From assembly GCA_029978585.1 (NCBI GenBank), contig JAPOJD010000001.1, forward strand, positions 1 through 56,489: a DNA stretch of 56,489 bases. The letters run 5' to 3'. Source of the DNA: Actinomycetota bacterium. GTDB taxonomy: Bacteria > Actinomycetota > Actinomycetes > S36-B12. Shown piece by piece: positions 8,331 through 18,906 of this stretch. A program made the translations under genes and the position numbers. A model generated the notes under the pieces. The model made no database searches and was not told the origin of the DNA. It was given only the letters and a program-made list of their open reading frames with translations. Every line of letters begins with the position of its first letter. Position 1 is the first letter of the stretch.

Positions 8331-8957
8331 ATGAGCGACGAAGCCTCCACGCCTCCGTCCCCCGACACCCCCCCTCCGCCACTCCCGGCCCCGGGCACAC
8401 CGGACTTGCCACCTGCGCCGACCGATGCCGCGGCGCCGCGCAACGGAATGGGCACCGCGGCCCTGGTCCTGGGGATCATCGGGCTGGTCCTCGCGTGTGC
8501 CTTCGGCGTCGGAACCATCTTCGCGATCATCGCGATCGTGCTTGGCGCCATCGGGCTCAAGAACGTCAAGAAGGGTGTCGCCAGCAACCGTGGCAGTGCA
8601 CTCGCCGGCACCATCCTCGGCATCGCCGGTCTCGTGGTCGGGACGGTCGTCGTGATCTTCGTGGTGCTGTTCTCGCTCAGCACCGCACCGCCGACGTCGT
8701 CGCTTGATCCCGACAACAACTCCAAGACCGGTCTCGCGGATGGGCAGTACAGCCTGCAAGTGACCGCGTACTTCCTGTACAGCGACCAGTGCTCCTACAC
8801 CGGTACGCCCGTCAACCTCGACACTCAGACGGCAGCCGGCTCCAGCGTCACGGTGGTCGGCCTCGACGAATCCGTGTGCGGCTACTCCGGCCTCGAGACG
8901 GGGGCCGTCTACTTCGACGTCTCTGGCGGAGAAGCCGAGGTCGTCCGCGTCGAATAG
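8331..8957 (+). CDS. DUF4190-like membrane protein with Pro-rich N-terminus
   Basis: Two TM helices in the GTAALVLGIIGLVLA and AIIAIVLGAIGLKNVKKG pattern typical of DUF4190, plus a third TM. Confidence 0.6.
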   Translation: MSDEASTPPSPDTPPPPLPAPGTPDLPPAPTDAAAPRNGMGTAALVLGIIGLVLACAFGVGTIFAIIAIVLGAIGLKNVKKGVASNRGSALAGTILGIAGLVVGTVVVIFVVLFSLSTAPPTSSLDPDNNSKTGLADGQYSLQVTAYFLYSDQCSYTGTPVNLDTQTAAGSSVTVVGLDESVCGYSGLETGAVYFDVSGGEAEVVRVE

Positions 8958-9020
8958 TCGATGTCGGTCGCATCAGGCGGAGCTGGCGCGGCTTCCGCCG
9001 CCCACAGGACCGAAATAAAC

Positions 9021-9059
9021 GAAGTCCCGGGACACCCGTTAACGATGTCCCGGGACTTC
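9021..9059 (-). terminator. Intrinsic terminator of the minus-strand tRNA cluster (possibly bidirectional)
   Basis: Perfect 14-bp stem GAAGTCCCGGGACA / TGTCCCGGGACTTC with an 11-nt loop. On the minus strand it is followed by GTTTATTTCG (U-rich). It lies 8 nt downstream of tRNA-Val. Confidence 0.75.
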
Positions 9060-9066
9060 ACAACGG

Positions 9067-9139
9067 TGGGCGATACAGGATTTGAACCTGTGACCTCTTC
9101 CGTGTCAAGGAAGCGCGCTAGCCCCTGCGCCAATCGCCC
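9067..9139 (-). tRNA. tRNA-Val (anticodon GAC)
   Basis: Manual cloverleaf: GGGCGAT/ATCGCCC acceptor, loop TTGACAC, T-loop TTCAAAT, discriminator A. CCA is not encoded. Confidence 0.9.
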
Positions 9140-9169
9140 GTGTGCCGTGCTCATTGCGGTGGTGCGTCG

Positions 9170-9240
9170 AGGTGGAGACGGGATTCGAACCCGTGTAGAC
9201 GGCTTTGCAGGCCGTTGCCTCGCCTCTCGGCCACTCCACC
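9170..9240 (-). tRNA. tRNA-Cys (anticodon GCA)
   Basis: Manual cloverleaf: GGTGGAG/CTCCACC acceptor, loop CTGCAAA, T-loop TTCGAAT, discriminator U, 71 nt. Confidence 0.9.
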
Positions 9241-9265
9241 AGAGGCCTCGGGTGAGGACCCTTCG

Positions 9266-9338
9266 AGCGGACGACGGGACTCGAACCCGCGACCCTCACC
9301 TTGGCAAGGTGATGCGCTACCAACTGCGCTACGTCCGC
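9266..9338 (-). tRNA. tRNA-Gly (anticodon GCC)
   Basis: Manual cloverleaf: GCGGACG/CGTCCGC acceptor, D-arm GCGCAGTTGGTAGCGC, loop TTGCCAA, discriminator U. Confidence 0.9.
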
Positions 9339-9489
9339 GCTGGGGGAGCCGCGAGCGCGGGGCTGCTGCCCTCGTCGATTCCACCGGGAACAAGACGATA
9401 GCCGACCTGAGGTGCGGCGCCCAAGGCGCCCCTGAAGCCGCGTCCTCCGACCGGCCCCCGGAGGCCTCCCCGTCCCCCACAATGTCGTC

Positions 9490-10587
9490 ATGGCACCTGC
9501 CCTCGACCCAAGCGCTCCGTGCGCCCGGCTCGGTGGGCTCGTGGCGTCGGGCCTGGTCTCCGTGAGCAGCGACCTCGATGTCCTCGACACCGAGGGGCGA
9601 TGGGCTGTGCTGCTCCCGTACGACGGCGCGCCGGTGCTGGCGCGCTTCGAGCGCTGGGAGCCCGGACCGCCGGATGACGTCGCGGGGGAGTTGGCGGGCC
9701 CCGCAGACTGGCACTCGTCCATGGACCGGGACGCGTACGTCGATGCCGTGGAGGAGGTGCGCGAGCGCATCGCTGCCGGCGACGTCTACCAAGCCAATGT
9801 CTGCAGGGTCCTGGCCGCAACGCTCCCGGATCCGGCCCGCAGCGACATCGGGGGACTCCATGCCCTCCTTGAGCGCGGCAATCCGGCGCCGTACTCAGGG
9901 ATGCTGCGCTTGCCCGACCAGGGCGTCCACGTGGCGACCGCCTCGCCAGAGCTGTTCCTCCGTCTCGTTCCTGATCCTGAGGGCGCGCGGACGATCGCAT
10001 CAGGTCCGATCAAGGGCACCGGACGATCGCCCGAGGACCTCTCGGACAAGGACCGGGCGGAGAACGTCATGATCGTCGACCTCGTGCGCAACGACCTGTC
10101 GCGGGTGTCGCAGCCGGGCACGATCTCGGTGCCCGATCTGCTTGTGCTGGAGCGGCATCCGGGGCTCGTCCACCTGGTATCCCGCGTTCAGGGCCGCCTG
10201 AGGGATGGGGTGTCCTGGCCGGACATCGTCGAGGCATCGTTCCCGCCCGGCTCTGTCACGGGTGCCCCCAAGATCGCGGCGCTGCGCATCATCGACGAGG
10301 TCGAGCCCGCTCCCCGGGGCCCCTACTGCGGTGCCTTCGGTTGGGTCGATGCTGACCTTGGCGCTGCCGAGCTCGCCGTGAGCATCCGCACCTTCTGGCG
10401 GGATGGAGTAACGCTGAGGTTCGGCACCGGCGCGGGAATCACCTGGGGGTCGGACGCGCAGCGGGAGTGGGACGAGACCGAACTCAAGGCGTCGCGGCTG
10501 ACTGCCCTCGCCGCGGGATGCTGGCCCCTGCCGACGACACCGAACATAGAAGCCGTGGAGAACTCGTCGATGGGAAGTCCCGTATGA
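9490..10587 (+). CDS. pabB: Chorismate-binding enzyme, aminodeoxychorismate synthase component I-like (short form)
   Basis: C-terminal chorismate-binding motifs (SPELFLR, GTGRSPEDLSDKDRAENVMIVDL, PGSVTGAPKIAA, PRGPYCGAFGW). Confidence 0.75.
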   Translation: MAPALDPSAPCARLGGLVASGLVSVSSDLDVLDTEGRWAVLLPYDGAPVLARFERWEPGPPDDVAGELAGPADWHSSMDRDAYVDAVEEVRERIAAGDVYQANVCRVLAATLPDPARSDIGGLHALLERGNPAPYSGMLRLPDQGVHVATASPELFLRLVPDPEGARTIASGPIKGTGRSPEDLSDKDRAENVMIVDLVRNDLSRVSQPGTISVPDLLVLERHPGLVHLVSRVQGRLRDGVSWPDIVEASFPPGSVTGAPKIAALRIIDEVEPAPRGPYCGAFGWVDADLGAAELAVSIRTFWRDGVTLRFGTGAGITWGSDAQREWDETELKASRLTALAAGCWPLPTTPNIEAVENSSMGSPV

Positions 10588-11417
10588 GGTTCTGGGTGTC
10601 TGATGCGGGAGGCCTGGTGGACGCGGCGGACGCGCGGGTCTCCGTGCTCGACCACGGGTTCACCGTGGCCGACGGTGTCTTCGAGACGCTCAAGGTCGTC
10701 CACGGGACGGCGTTCGCGCTCTCCCGGCATCTTGACCGGCTGGAGCGATCCGCGGCGCGCATGGGGCTGCCCATCCCGCATCGAGACCGGGTCGCGGCTG
10801 CTGTCCACGAGACCACCGGGGCCAACCGCAACGAGGTCGGCCCGCTCGGACGGCTGCGCATCACCTACACCGCGGGTCCGGGGGAGTTAGGCAGCGACCG
10901 GGGCGAGGAGGCCACGACCCTGGTCGTCGCCATTGCCGCGACGGCGCCGTGGCCGGACTCCGCGGCCGTGATCACCGTACCCTGGCCCCGCAACGAGCGA
11001 AGCCCGCTGGCGGGCGTGAAGTCGACCTCGTACGCCGAGAATGTGCTTGCCCTCTCCGAGGCCCGACGACACGGCGCCTCGGAGGCGCTGATGCCCGACA
11101 CCAGGGGGCGGCTGTGCGAAGGGACCGGATCCAACATCCTCGTCGTGATCGACGGGGTAGCCCTCACCCCGACCCTGGAGACCGGCTGCCTCCCCGGCAT
11201 CACGCGAGCTTTGGCCCTTGAATGGTGCGACATCGAGGAGCGCAACCTGCCGATCGAGGCGCTCTGGGAGGCTTCCGAGATCGCGCTCATGTCGTCCACC
11301 CGGGATATCCAGCCGGTGCATCGCGTGGATGACCACGCGGTGGCCGCGCCCGGGCCGGTGATCGGGCCCATGGCCGAGGCATTCCGTCGGCGGGCAGCGG
11401 CCGACGTCGATCCCTGA
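10584..11417 (+). CDS. Class IV aminotransferase fold protein, probable aminodeoxychorismate lyase
   Basis: Motifs VLDHGFTVADGVFETLKV, GVKSTSYAENVLA and CLPGITR. The ATG at 10584 overlaps the pabB stop (ATGA). Adjacent to pabB. Confidence 0.7.
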   Translation: MRFWVSDAGGLVDAADARVSVLDHGFTVADGVFETLKVVHGTAFALSRHLDRLERSAARMGLPIPHRDRVAAAVHETTGANRNEVGPLGRLRITYTAGPGELGSDRGEEATTLVVAIAATAPWPDSAAVITVPWPRNERSPLAGVKSTSYAENVLALSEARRHGASEALMPDTRGRLCEGTGSNILVVIDGVALTPTLETGCLPGITRALALEWCDIEERNLPIEALWEASEIALMSSTRDIQPVHRVDDHAVAAPGPVIGPMAEAFRRRAAADVDP

Positions 11418-11441
11418 CCCGGCTCGAAGTCGCGGTACCAC

Positions 11442-11972
11442 TTGAGTCACGGCTACCGTGGAGACGTGACCGCTCCGCGGCCGGACGGCGACGACCCTGC
11501 CCCCGAGACGCGCCTGGAGCGCCTCGAGGACGAGGCCGAAGAGGCCGCTGAGCGGCTCGTCGAGGGGTTCGAGGGGACGGTCGACCGTGTCCTGCCTCCC
11601 CACGTGCGGGCGCGCGCCTGGGCTCGCCGGCGCCGCTCGACGCATGTTCTGTGGCAGGCCGGGGTGCTCATCCTCGGCTTCGGCCTTGTGTTCGCGGGGA
11701 TCGCCATGCTGGTCCTGCCCGGCCCCGGCTGGGCCGCGATCATCCTCGGGCTCATCGTTCTCGCGTCGGAGTACGCGTGGGCTCGCCGCCTCCTCGATCC
11801 CGTGAAGCGGTGGGCCCAGCGTGCCGCCGACGCTGCCCTGGACCCTCGGGTGCGCCGGCGTAACCTGGCCATCGCCGCCGTGCTCGTGGTGATCGCAGCC
11901 GTGGCCCTCGCGTGGTACCTCGTCGCGTACGGGTGGACCGTGCAGCCGGTGCTCGACCTGTGGCCGTGGTGA
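11442..11972 (+). CDS. PGPGW-motif transmembrane protein (TIGR02611-like)
   Basis: LVLPGPGW motif and three TM segments. Start is uncertain: TTG at 11442 or in-frame GTG at 11466. Confidence 0.6.
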   Translation: MSHGYRGDVTAPRPDGDDPAPETRLERLEDEAEEAAERLVEGFEGTVDRVLPPHVRARAWARRRRSTHVLWQAGVLILGFGLVFAGIAMLVLPGPGWAAIILGLIVLASEYAWARRLLDPVKRWAQRAADAALDPRVRRRNLAIAAVLVVIAAVALAWYLVAYGWTVQPVLDLWPW

Positions 11973-12014
11973 CGGGTCCGGTGCGATACCCTCGCGCAGG
12001 CGCCGTGCGCCGAC

Positions 12015-12086
<72 letters not shown>

Positions 12087-12093
12087 CAGGGAA

Positions 12094-12795
12094 CTAGGCC
12101 TGCTCCTGCGTCTGATGGGCGAGCCGCCATCGTCCGCCCGGGTCGGTCACGATCAGGTAGACGCTGAGGATCGCGACCCAGATGGGGAAGATGTACTCCA
12201 CGTAGTGAACCCCGAAGGGGACGAGCAGGAGGAACAGCCCCGTCAGCGTGCCCAGGATGGTGAGCCACGACGGCAGGAGTTTGCGCACGCGTCCGAACGT
12301 GGCAAGGGAGAGGCAGAAGACGGCTGCCATCCTTGCGGAGTAGTTGGCGAGGAGTGAGTTCACGGTCGTCCCGGGGATGATGCGTGACGAATCCGACAGG
12401 TCCAGGCCTACGGCGTAGGCCTCGAGTTCCGCGGAGGCGACCGCGCCTGCCACGAAGGCCAGGCCCACGAAGATGATCCCCGAGGCCAGGAACACCGTCG
12501 TGAAGAGGCGGTGGTCGGCGTGACCGAGGCTGTAGTTCAGGGCCGCCATGAACCAGATGAACGAGATCCCCACGTAGGGCAGGAGGATGAGTGCCCACCG
12601 TCCTCGATCGAGAGCCTCGGGAGTCGGGGCCGCCGACCCCTCCGTGATGACGTCCGTGGGAAACGCCGAGCGAAACAGGATCAGCACGGCGACGAGGGTG
12701 ACCGAGAAGATGAGCCCGGCGACAGCGGCCGAGCGGGCGGAGCGCAAGGAGTCCAAGAGACGCCCTTCGGGCAGGCTGCTGTCTCTGGCCGACAT
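12094..12795 (-). CDS. Hypothetical integral membrane protein (about 6 TM)
   Basis: Start chosen at MSARDSS (ATG complement at 12793-12795), so the gene does not run into thrS. Strongly hydrophobic with coding-like third-position GC bias. No recognisable family. Confidence 0.55.
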   Translation of the reverse strand: MSARDSSLPEGRLLDSLRSARSAAVAGLIFSVTLVAVLILFRSAFPTDVITEGSAAPTPEALDRGRWALILLPYVGISFIWFMAALNYSLGHADHRLFTTVFLASGIIFVGLAFVAGAVASAELEAYAVGLDLSDSSRIIPGTTVNSLLANYSARMAAVFCLSLATFGRVRKLLPSWLTILGTLTGLFLLLVPFGVHYVEYIFPIWVAILSVYLIVTDPGGRWRLAHQTQEQA

Positions 12796-12849
12796 GGCGG
12801 GGGCGATACCGTGGGCCGAAGCACGGACTCGACGAGGAGAGGCAGGACG

Positions 12850-14868
<2,019 letters not shown>

Positions 14869-14932
14869 GAACCGTCAGCGCAATGACCGCCGCCGACACC
14901 CGCATCGCGCACGTACGGCCGTGGTGCCGTCG

Positions 14933-15472
14933 ATGACCGGGGAGGTTCGACGGGACGACGGGGGCATGCCGGACCGCTGGGATCGCCTGTGGACTCCGCA
15001 TCGCCAGCCCTACCTCGCCGGCGAGAGCCGCCCGGCCCACGACGAGGCCGGAGATGAGTGCCCCTTCTGCCGGGCGGCGCAGCAACCGGCCGGGGAGGGG
15101 CTCGTGGTCCGCCGCGGCCAACTCGCGTATGTCGTGCTCAACCTGTTCCCCTACAACTCCGGGCACCTGCTCGTCTGCCCATACCGGCATGTCGCGGACT
15201 ACGCAGACCTCGGCGCGGACGAGGTCGCCGAGATCGGTCTGCTGACCCAGGAGGCGATGACCACCCTGCGCCGGGTGAGCCGAGCCCAGGGCTTCAACAT
15301 CGGAATGAACCAGGGCAAGGTGGGCGGCGCGGGGATCGCCGGTCACCTGCACCAGCACGTGGTGCCGAGGTGGGGGGGAGACACCAACTTCCTTCCCGTG
15401 GTCGGCCAGACCAAGACGATGCCGCAGCTGCTCGAGGAGACTTGCGGGCTCCTCACCGAGGCATGGGACTGA
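14933..15472 (+). CDS. HIT family protein (Ap4A phosphorylase / GalT-like branch; position equivalent to M. tuberculosis Rv2613c)
   Basis: Histidine triad GHLHQHVVPRW and CPFCR zinc-like motif. Start is 14933 or in-frame ATG 14966. Confidence 0.75.
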   Translation: MTGEVRRDDGGMPDRWDRLWTPHRQPYLAGESRPAHDEAGDECPFCRAAQQPAGEGLVVRRGQLAYVVLNLFPYNSGHLLVCPYRHVADYADLGADEVAEIGLLTQEAMTTLRRVSRAQGFNIGMNQGKVGGAGIAGHLHQHVVPRWGGDTNFLPVVGQTKTMPQLLEETCGLLTEAWD

Positions 15473-15481
15473 GGGAGACTG

Positions 15482-15940
15482 ATGGCGAAGGTGACGGGCC
15501 CGCAGGGCGAGGACGCGCACGCGCTCCTCCGCCACGCGGGCGTGGAGTTACGCGAGGCACCCGGCATCGACGTCCCGGACGAGTGGCTGGCCGAGGTCCT
15601 CCCCGAGGGCGAGCGCGACGTGCGGGCCGAGATCGTCGCCGACCCACCGGCGCCGGGCGCCGAATTCGAGGGCATGGGTGCATGGCACGTCAATGCCCAG
15701 CGCGAGTGCCACCTCGTCAAGGGAGGCCGGGGGCTCCTGCAGGTGGTGACCGACGGGGGCATCGTCACCGTCGAGCTGGAGTCGGGAGACGTCATGATCG
15801 TCCGCGGGGCGGAGCACCGCTACCTGCCGGTCGAGGCCCAGGGCTGGGTCCTGCGCTGGTCGGGGGCGCCCGATGCCGGACTCGACCCGCGCGAAACGGG
15901 CCGTCAGGCCACGCCTTGGCCGGTTCCGCCGGGGGAGTGA
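15482..15940 (+). CDS. Hypothetical protein, possibly cupin-fold
   Basis: Beta-rich C-terminal half (HLVKGGRGLLQVV, VELESGDVMIVRGAEHRY) resembles a cupin barrel. No clear metal triad. Confidence 0.4.
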   Translation: MAKVTGPQGEDAHALLRHAGVELREAPGIDVPDEWLAEVLPEGERDVRAEIVADPPAPGAEFEGMGAWHVNAQRECHLVKGGRGLLQVVTDGGIVTVELESGDVMIVRGAEHRYLPVEAQGWVLRWSGAPDAGLDPRETGRQATPWPVPPGE

Positions 15941-15943
15941 TGG

Positions 15944-18085
15944 TCAGCCGGACGCGAGCGAACTCGCGACCTGGGCCGGCATCGGCTCATGACCGCGGTA
16001 TCTGCGCGTGAACGTCGCCGTCCCGTGAGCCAGGCTGCGCAGGTCAATCGCGTAGCGCGTGAGTTCGAGGCCGGGGACCTCCGCCGTGATGCGAGTTCGT
16101 CCCGGGCCCGCCCCTTCGCTCCCGGTCACGCGTCCGCGGCGACCTGAAAGGTCGGACATGACGGCTCCGACGTAGTCGTCGGGGACCACGACGAGGACCT
16201 CATCCACCGGTTCGAGCATAGCGACCTCGACCTTCCCGGCGGCGTCCTTGAGAGCGAGGCCTCCGGCCGTCTGGAAGGCCATATCGGATGAGTCGACCGA
16301 ATGTGCCTTGCCGTCGACGAGGGTCACGCGGATGTCGACGACCGGGTAGCCCGCGAGGACGCCCTTGGCCATCTGCGCGCGGACCCCCTTCTCGACCGAG
16401 GGAATGAACTGGCGAGGGACCGCCCCGCCGACGACCTTGTCGACGAACTCGAAGCCGGAGCCAGCGGGAAGCGGCTCGACCTCGATATCGCACACGGCGT
16501 ACTGGCCGTGGCCGCCCGACTGCTTGACCAGGCGCCCGTGTCCCGTGGCGGGGCGGGAGAAAGTCTCGCGGAGGGAGACCCGCATCGGCTCGGAGTCGAC
16601 GTTGACCCCATAGCGGTGGGTGAGGTGGTCCAGTACGACGTCCATGTGGGCCTCGCCCATGCACCACAGCACGATCTGGCCGGTCTCGGGGTTCCGCTCG
16701 AGGCGCAGCGTCGGGTCCTCGGCGACAAGGCGTGCCAGGCCCGCCGTGAGTTTGTCCTCGTCGGCACTGGAGTGGGCCACGACGGCGATCGGGAGCAGGG
16801 GATCCGGCATCGCCCACGGCTCGACCAGCATGGGTGCTTCCGGGCTGGAGAGCGTGTCACCGGTCTCCGCGTGGCCGAGTTTCGCCACGGCCACGATGTC
16901 GCCGGCAATCGCGGCGGGCACCGCGCGCTGGGCCTTGCCGAGCGGCGACACTATGCCGCCCACGCGCTCGTCGAGGTCGTGATCCTCATGGCCGCGATCA
17001 GCCATGAAGTGACCGGAGACGTGGAGCGTGGCGTCGGATCGCAGGGTGCCGGAGAAGACCCGCACGAGCGAAAGCCTCCCGACGTAGGGGTCGGAGGATG
17101 TCTTGACGACCTCCGCGCACAGGGGACCGGCGGGATCGCAGGACAGCGGGGCCAGGGGCTCGCCAGCCGGCGTCGTCACCGCGGGCAGCGGATGCTCCAG
17201 CGGCGATGGGAACCCGCGCGTCAGCACCTCGAGGAGCTCCGTCATGCCGAACCCAACCGGGCTCGTGGCGGTGACGAGGACCGGGAAGAAGTGACCTCGC
17301 GCGACCGCGGTCTCGAGGTCGGTCACGAGCGTGTCGAAGGGAATCTCCTCGCCCGCGAGGAAGCGGTCCATGAGGGTTTCGTCCTCCGACTCGGTGATGA
17401 TCCCCTCGATCAGTGCGGTGCGGGCATCCTCGACGAGGTCGATGTGCTGAGGGTCAGGAGCGCGTTCTTGAGCCTCGCCGGTCGAGTAGTCGAAGATGCG
17501 TTGCGAGAGCAGTCCGATGAGGCCCGCCACATGCCCGTCGTCCGCGTGGAGCGGGAGGTACAGGGGGAGCACCCCCTGGCCTTCGCCGAACGTGCGCTGG
17601 CACGCCTCGACGGTGCCCTCGACATCAGCGCGTTCGCGGTCGGCCTTGGTGATGACGACCGCCCGGGGCATTCCGACGGCGGCGCACTCGTCCCACAGCA
17701 TCGCCGTGGCGCCGTCGATGCCGTCGACCGCCGACACAACGAAGAGCGCGGCATCGGCCGCACGAAGGCCGGCCCGAACGTCACCCACGAAGTCGGCGTA
17801 GCCGGGGGTGTCCAGGAGGTTGATGCGAACCCCTTCCCAGTCGAGCGGGACGAGATTCAGCGACACCGAGCGCTGCTGGCGCCTCTCAGCGTCATCGGTG
17901 TCGGACAGTGTGGTGCCATCCTCCACTGTCCCGGGCCGGGGGATGGCGCCCGTCGCGAGGGCGAGCCGCTCGACCAGGGTGGTCTTGCCGGCGTGGCTCG
18001 GCCCCACGAGGACCACATTGCGGATGGCGCCCGGGTCGGCCGGCGCCCTGGTGGCTTGATCTCGCCCTGCGGATCCCTGTGCCAT
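15944..18085 (-). CDS. Elongation factor G-like GTPase paralog (EF-G2 / FusA2 type)
   Basis: G1 GPSHAGKTT, G3 DTPGYADF, G4 TKAD, then EF-G domains II-V. Start at MAQGSAG (complement ATG 18083-18085), preceded by GGAGG. Confidence 0.85.
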   Translation of the reverse strand: MAQGSAGRDQATRAPADPGAIRNVVLVGPSHAGKTTLVERLALATGAIPRPGTVEDGTTLSDTDDAERRQQRSVSLNLVPLDWEGVRINLLDTPGYADFVGDVRAGLRAADAALFVVSAVDGIDGATAMLWDECAAVGMPRAVVITKADRERADVEGTVEACQRTFGEGQGVLPLYLPLHADDGHVAGLIGLLSQRIFDYSTGEAQERAPDPQHIDLVEDARTALIEGIITESEDETLMDRFLAGEEIPFDTLVTDLETAVARGHFFPVLVTATSPVGFGMTELLEVLTRGFPSPLEHPLPAVTTPAGEPLAPLSCDPAGPLCAEVVKTSSDPYVGRLSLVRVFSGTLRSDATLHVSGHFMADRGHEDHDLDERVGGIVSPLGKAQRAVPAAIAGDIVAVAKLGHAETGDTLSSPEAPMLVEPWAMPDPLLPIAVVAHSSADEDKLTAGLARLVAEDPTLRLERNPETGQIVLWCMGEAHMDVVLDHLTHRYGVNVDSEPMRVSLRETFSRPATGHGRLVKQSGGHGQYAVCDIEVEPLPAGSGFEFVDKVVGGAVPRQFIPSVEKGVRAQMAKGVLAGYPVVDIRVTLVDGKAHSVDSSDMAFQTAGGLALKDAAGKVEVAMLEPVDEVLVVVPDDYVGAVMSDLSGRRGRVTGSEGAGPGRTRITAEVPGLELTRYAIDLRSLAHGTATFTRRYRGHEPMPAQVASSLASG

Positions 18086-18224
18086 GTCAGCCTCCCGTCC
18101 TCCGGAGCGCCGCCTGGGGTGGCGCCCCGGGCCTCGCCGGTCGGTTCCGTGCCCCAGCCTGCCAGCAGGAGGGTGATCCGTCCCACGAAACGGTGGAGCA
18201 GGACCAGGCCCTAGCATCGAGCCG

Positions 18225-18289
18225 GGCAGGAATCCGGCGGGAATCCGGCAGGAGTCGGGCGGAGTCGGGCAGGAGTCGGGCAGGAGTCC
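18225..18289. repeat. Six tandem copies of an 11-bp unit (GGCRGGARTCS; one copy 10 bp) ending 2 nt before the pgsA1 start codon
   Basis: GGCAGGAATCC GGCGGGAATCC GGCAGGAGTCG GGCGGAGTCG GGCAGGAGTCG GGCAGGAGTCC, read directly from the sequence. The last unit supplies the AGGAG Shine-Dalgarno. Confidence 0.9.
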
Positions 18290-18291
18290 AT

Positions 18292-18906
18292 GTGCTGAAC
18301 AACCCCGCGGCCCGCAAGGTGTCCGCCGTCGTGATCGAGCCCATCGCCCGGCTCCTCCTGCGACTTCACATCTCGCCCGATGCCGTGACCGTGGTGGGCA
18401 CGGCGGTCACCTGCACGGCTGCCCTCGTGTTCTTCCCGCGCGGCGACTTCGTGCCGGGAGTCCTCATCATCGCCGCGGCGGTGCTGTGCGACCTCCTGGA
18501 CGGGACCATGGCGCGCCTGTCCGGCCGAGCCGGGCCATGGGGCAACTTCCTGGACGCCACCCTCGATCGCGTGGCCGACGGCTGCGTGTTCGGCGCCCTC
18601 GTCCTCTGGTCGGTGACGACGGGCAACCCCTGGACCGTGGCGGCCGCCCTGACCTGCCTGGTCGGCGGCCAGGTGATCTCCTACGCGAAGGCGCGCGCGG
18701 AGGCAGTGGGTGCCACCGCGAACGTTGGGATCGCCGAACGCGCTGAGCGCCTCATCGTCGTCCTGGCGGCAGCCTTCCTCGCCGGGCTCGGGGTGCCCTA
18801 CGTGCTTCCGGCGGCCCTGGGCATCCTGGCCATCCTCAGCGTCGTGACCGTGGTCCAGCGCATCATCGTCGTGCGATCGCAGTTGCGTCAGCAGGATGTG
18901 ACGTGA
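18292..18906 (+). CDS. pgsA1: CDP-alcohol phosphatidyltransferase, phosphatidylinositol-phosphate synthase type
   Basis: CDP-OH-P motif DLLDGTMARLSG...DATLDRVAD and a multi-TM body. Synteny with the PIM acyltransferase and pimA. GTG at 18292; an in-frame GTG at 18193 would make the repeat coding. Confidence 0.82.
   Translation: MLNNPAARKVSAVVIEPIARLLLRLHISPDAVTVVGTAVTCTAALVFFPRGDFVPGVLIIAAAVLCDLLDGTMARLSGRAGPWGNFLDATLDRVADGCVFGALVLWSVTTGNPWTVAAALTCLVGGQVISYAKARAEAVGATANVGIAERAERLIVVLAAAFLAGLGVPYVLPAALGILAILSVVTVVQRIIVVRSQLRQQDVT

Noticed and set aside
9021-9338. Genomic island or integrative element at the tRNA-Gly/Cys/Val cluster, at tRNA-Val 12015-12086, or at the atypical tRNA 54684-54757
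   Set aside because: No integrase, recombinase, transposase or phage-like ORF is present. I found no direct repeat of a tRNA 3' end nearby. The flanking genes are housekeeping genes of uniform composition.
12511-12849. 113-codon N-terminal extension of thrS, and the mirror 12796-13080 extension of the minus-strand membrane gene
   Set aside because: The two extensions overlap each other on opposite strands. The starts at 12850 (MADLAISV) and 12795 (MSARDSS) leave a clean 54-nt divergent spacer.
18225-18289. CRISPR array
   Set aside because: The 11-bp units, like the 13-bp units at 22604-22642, are directly adjacent with no spacers. They are far shorter than CRISPR repeats, and no cas genes are present.
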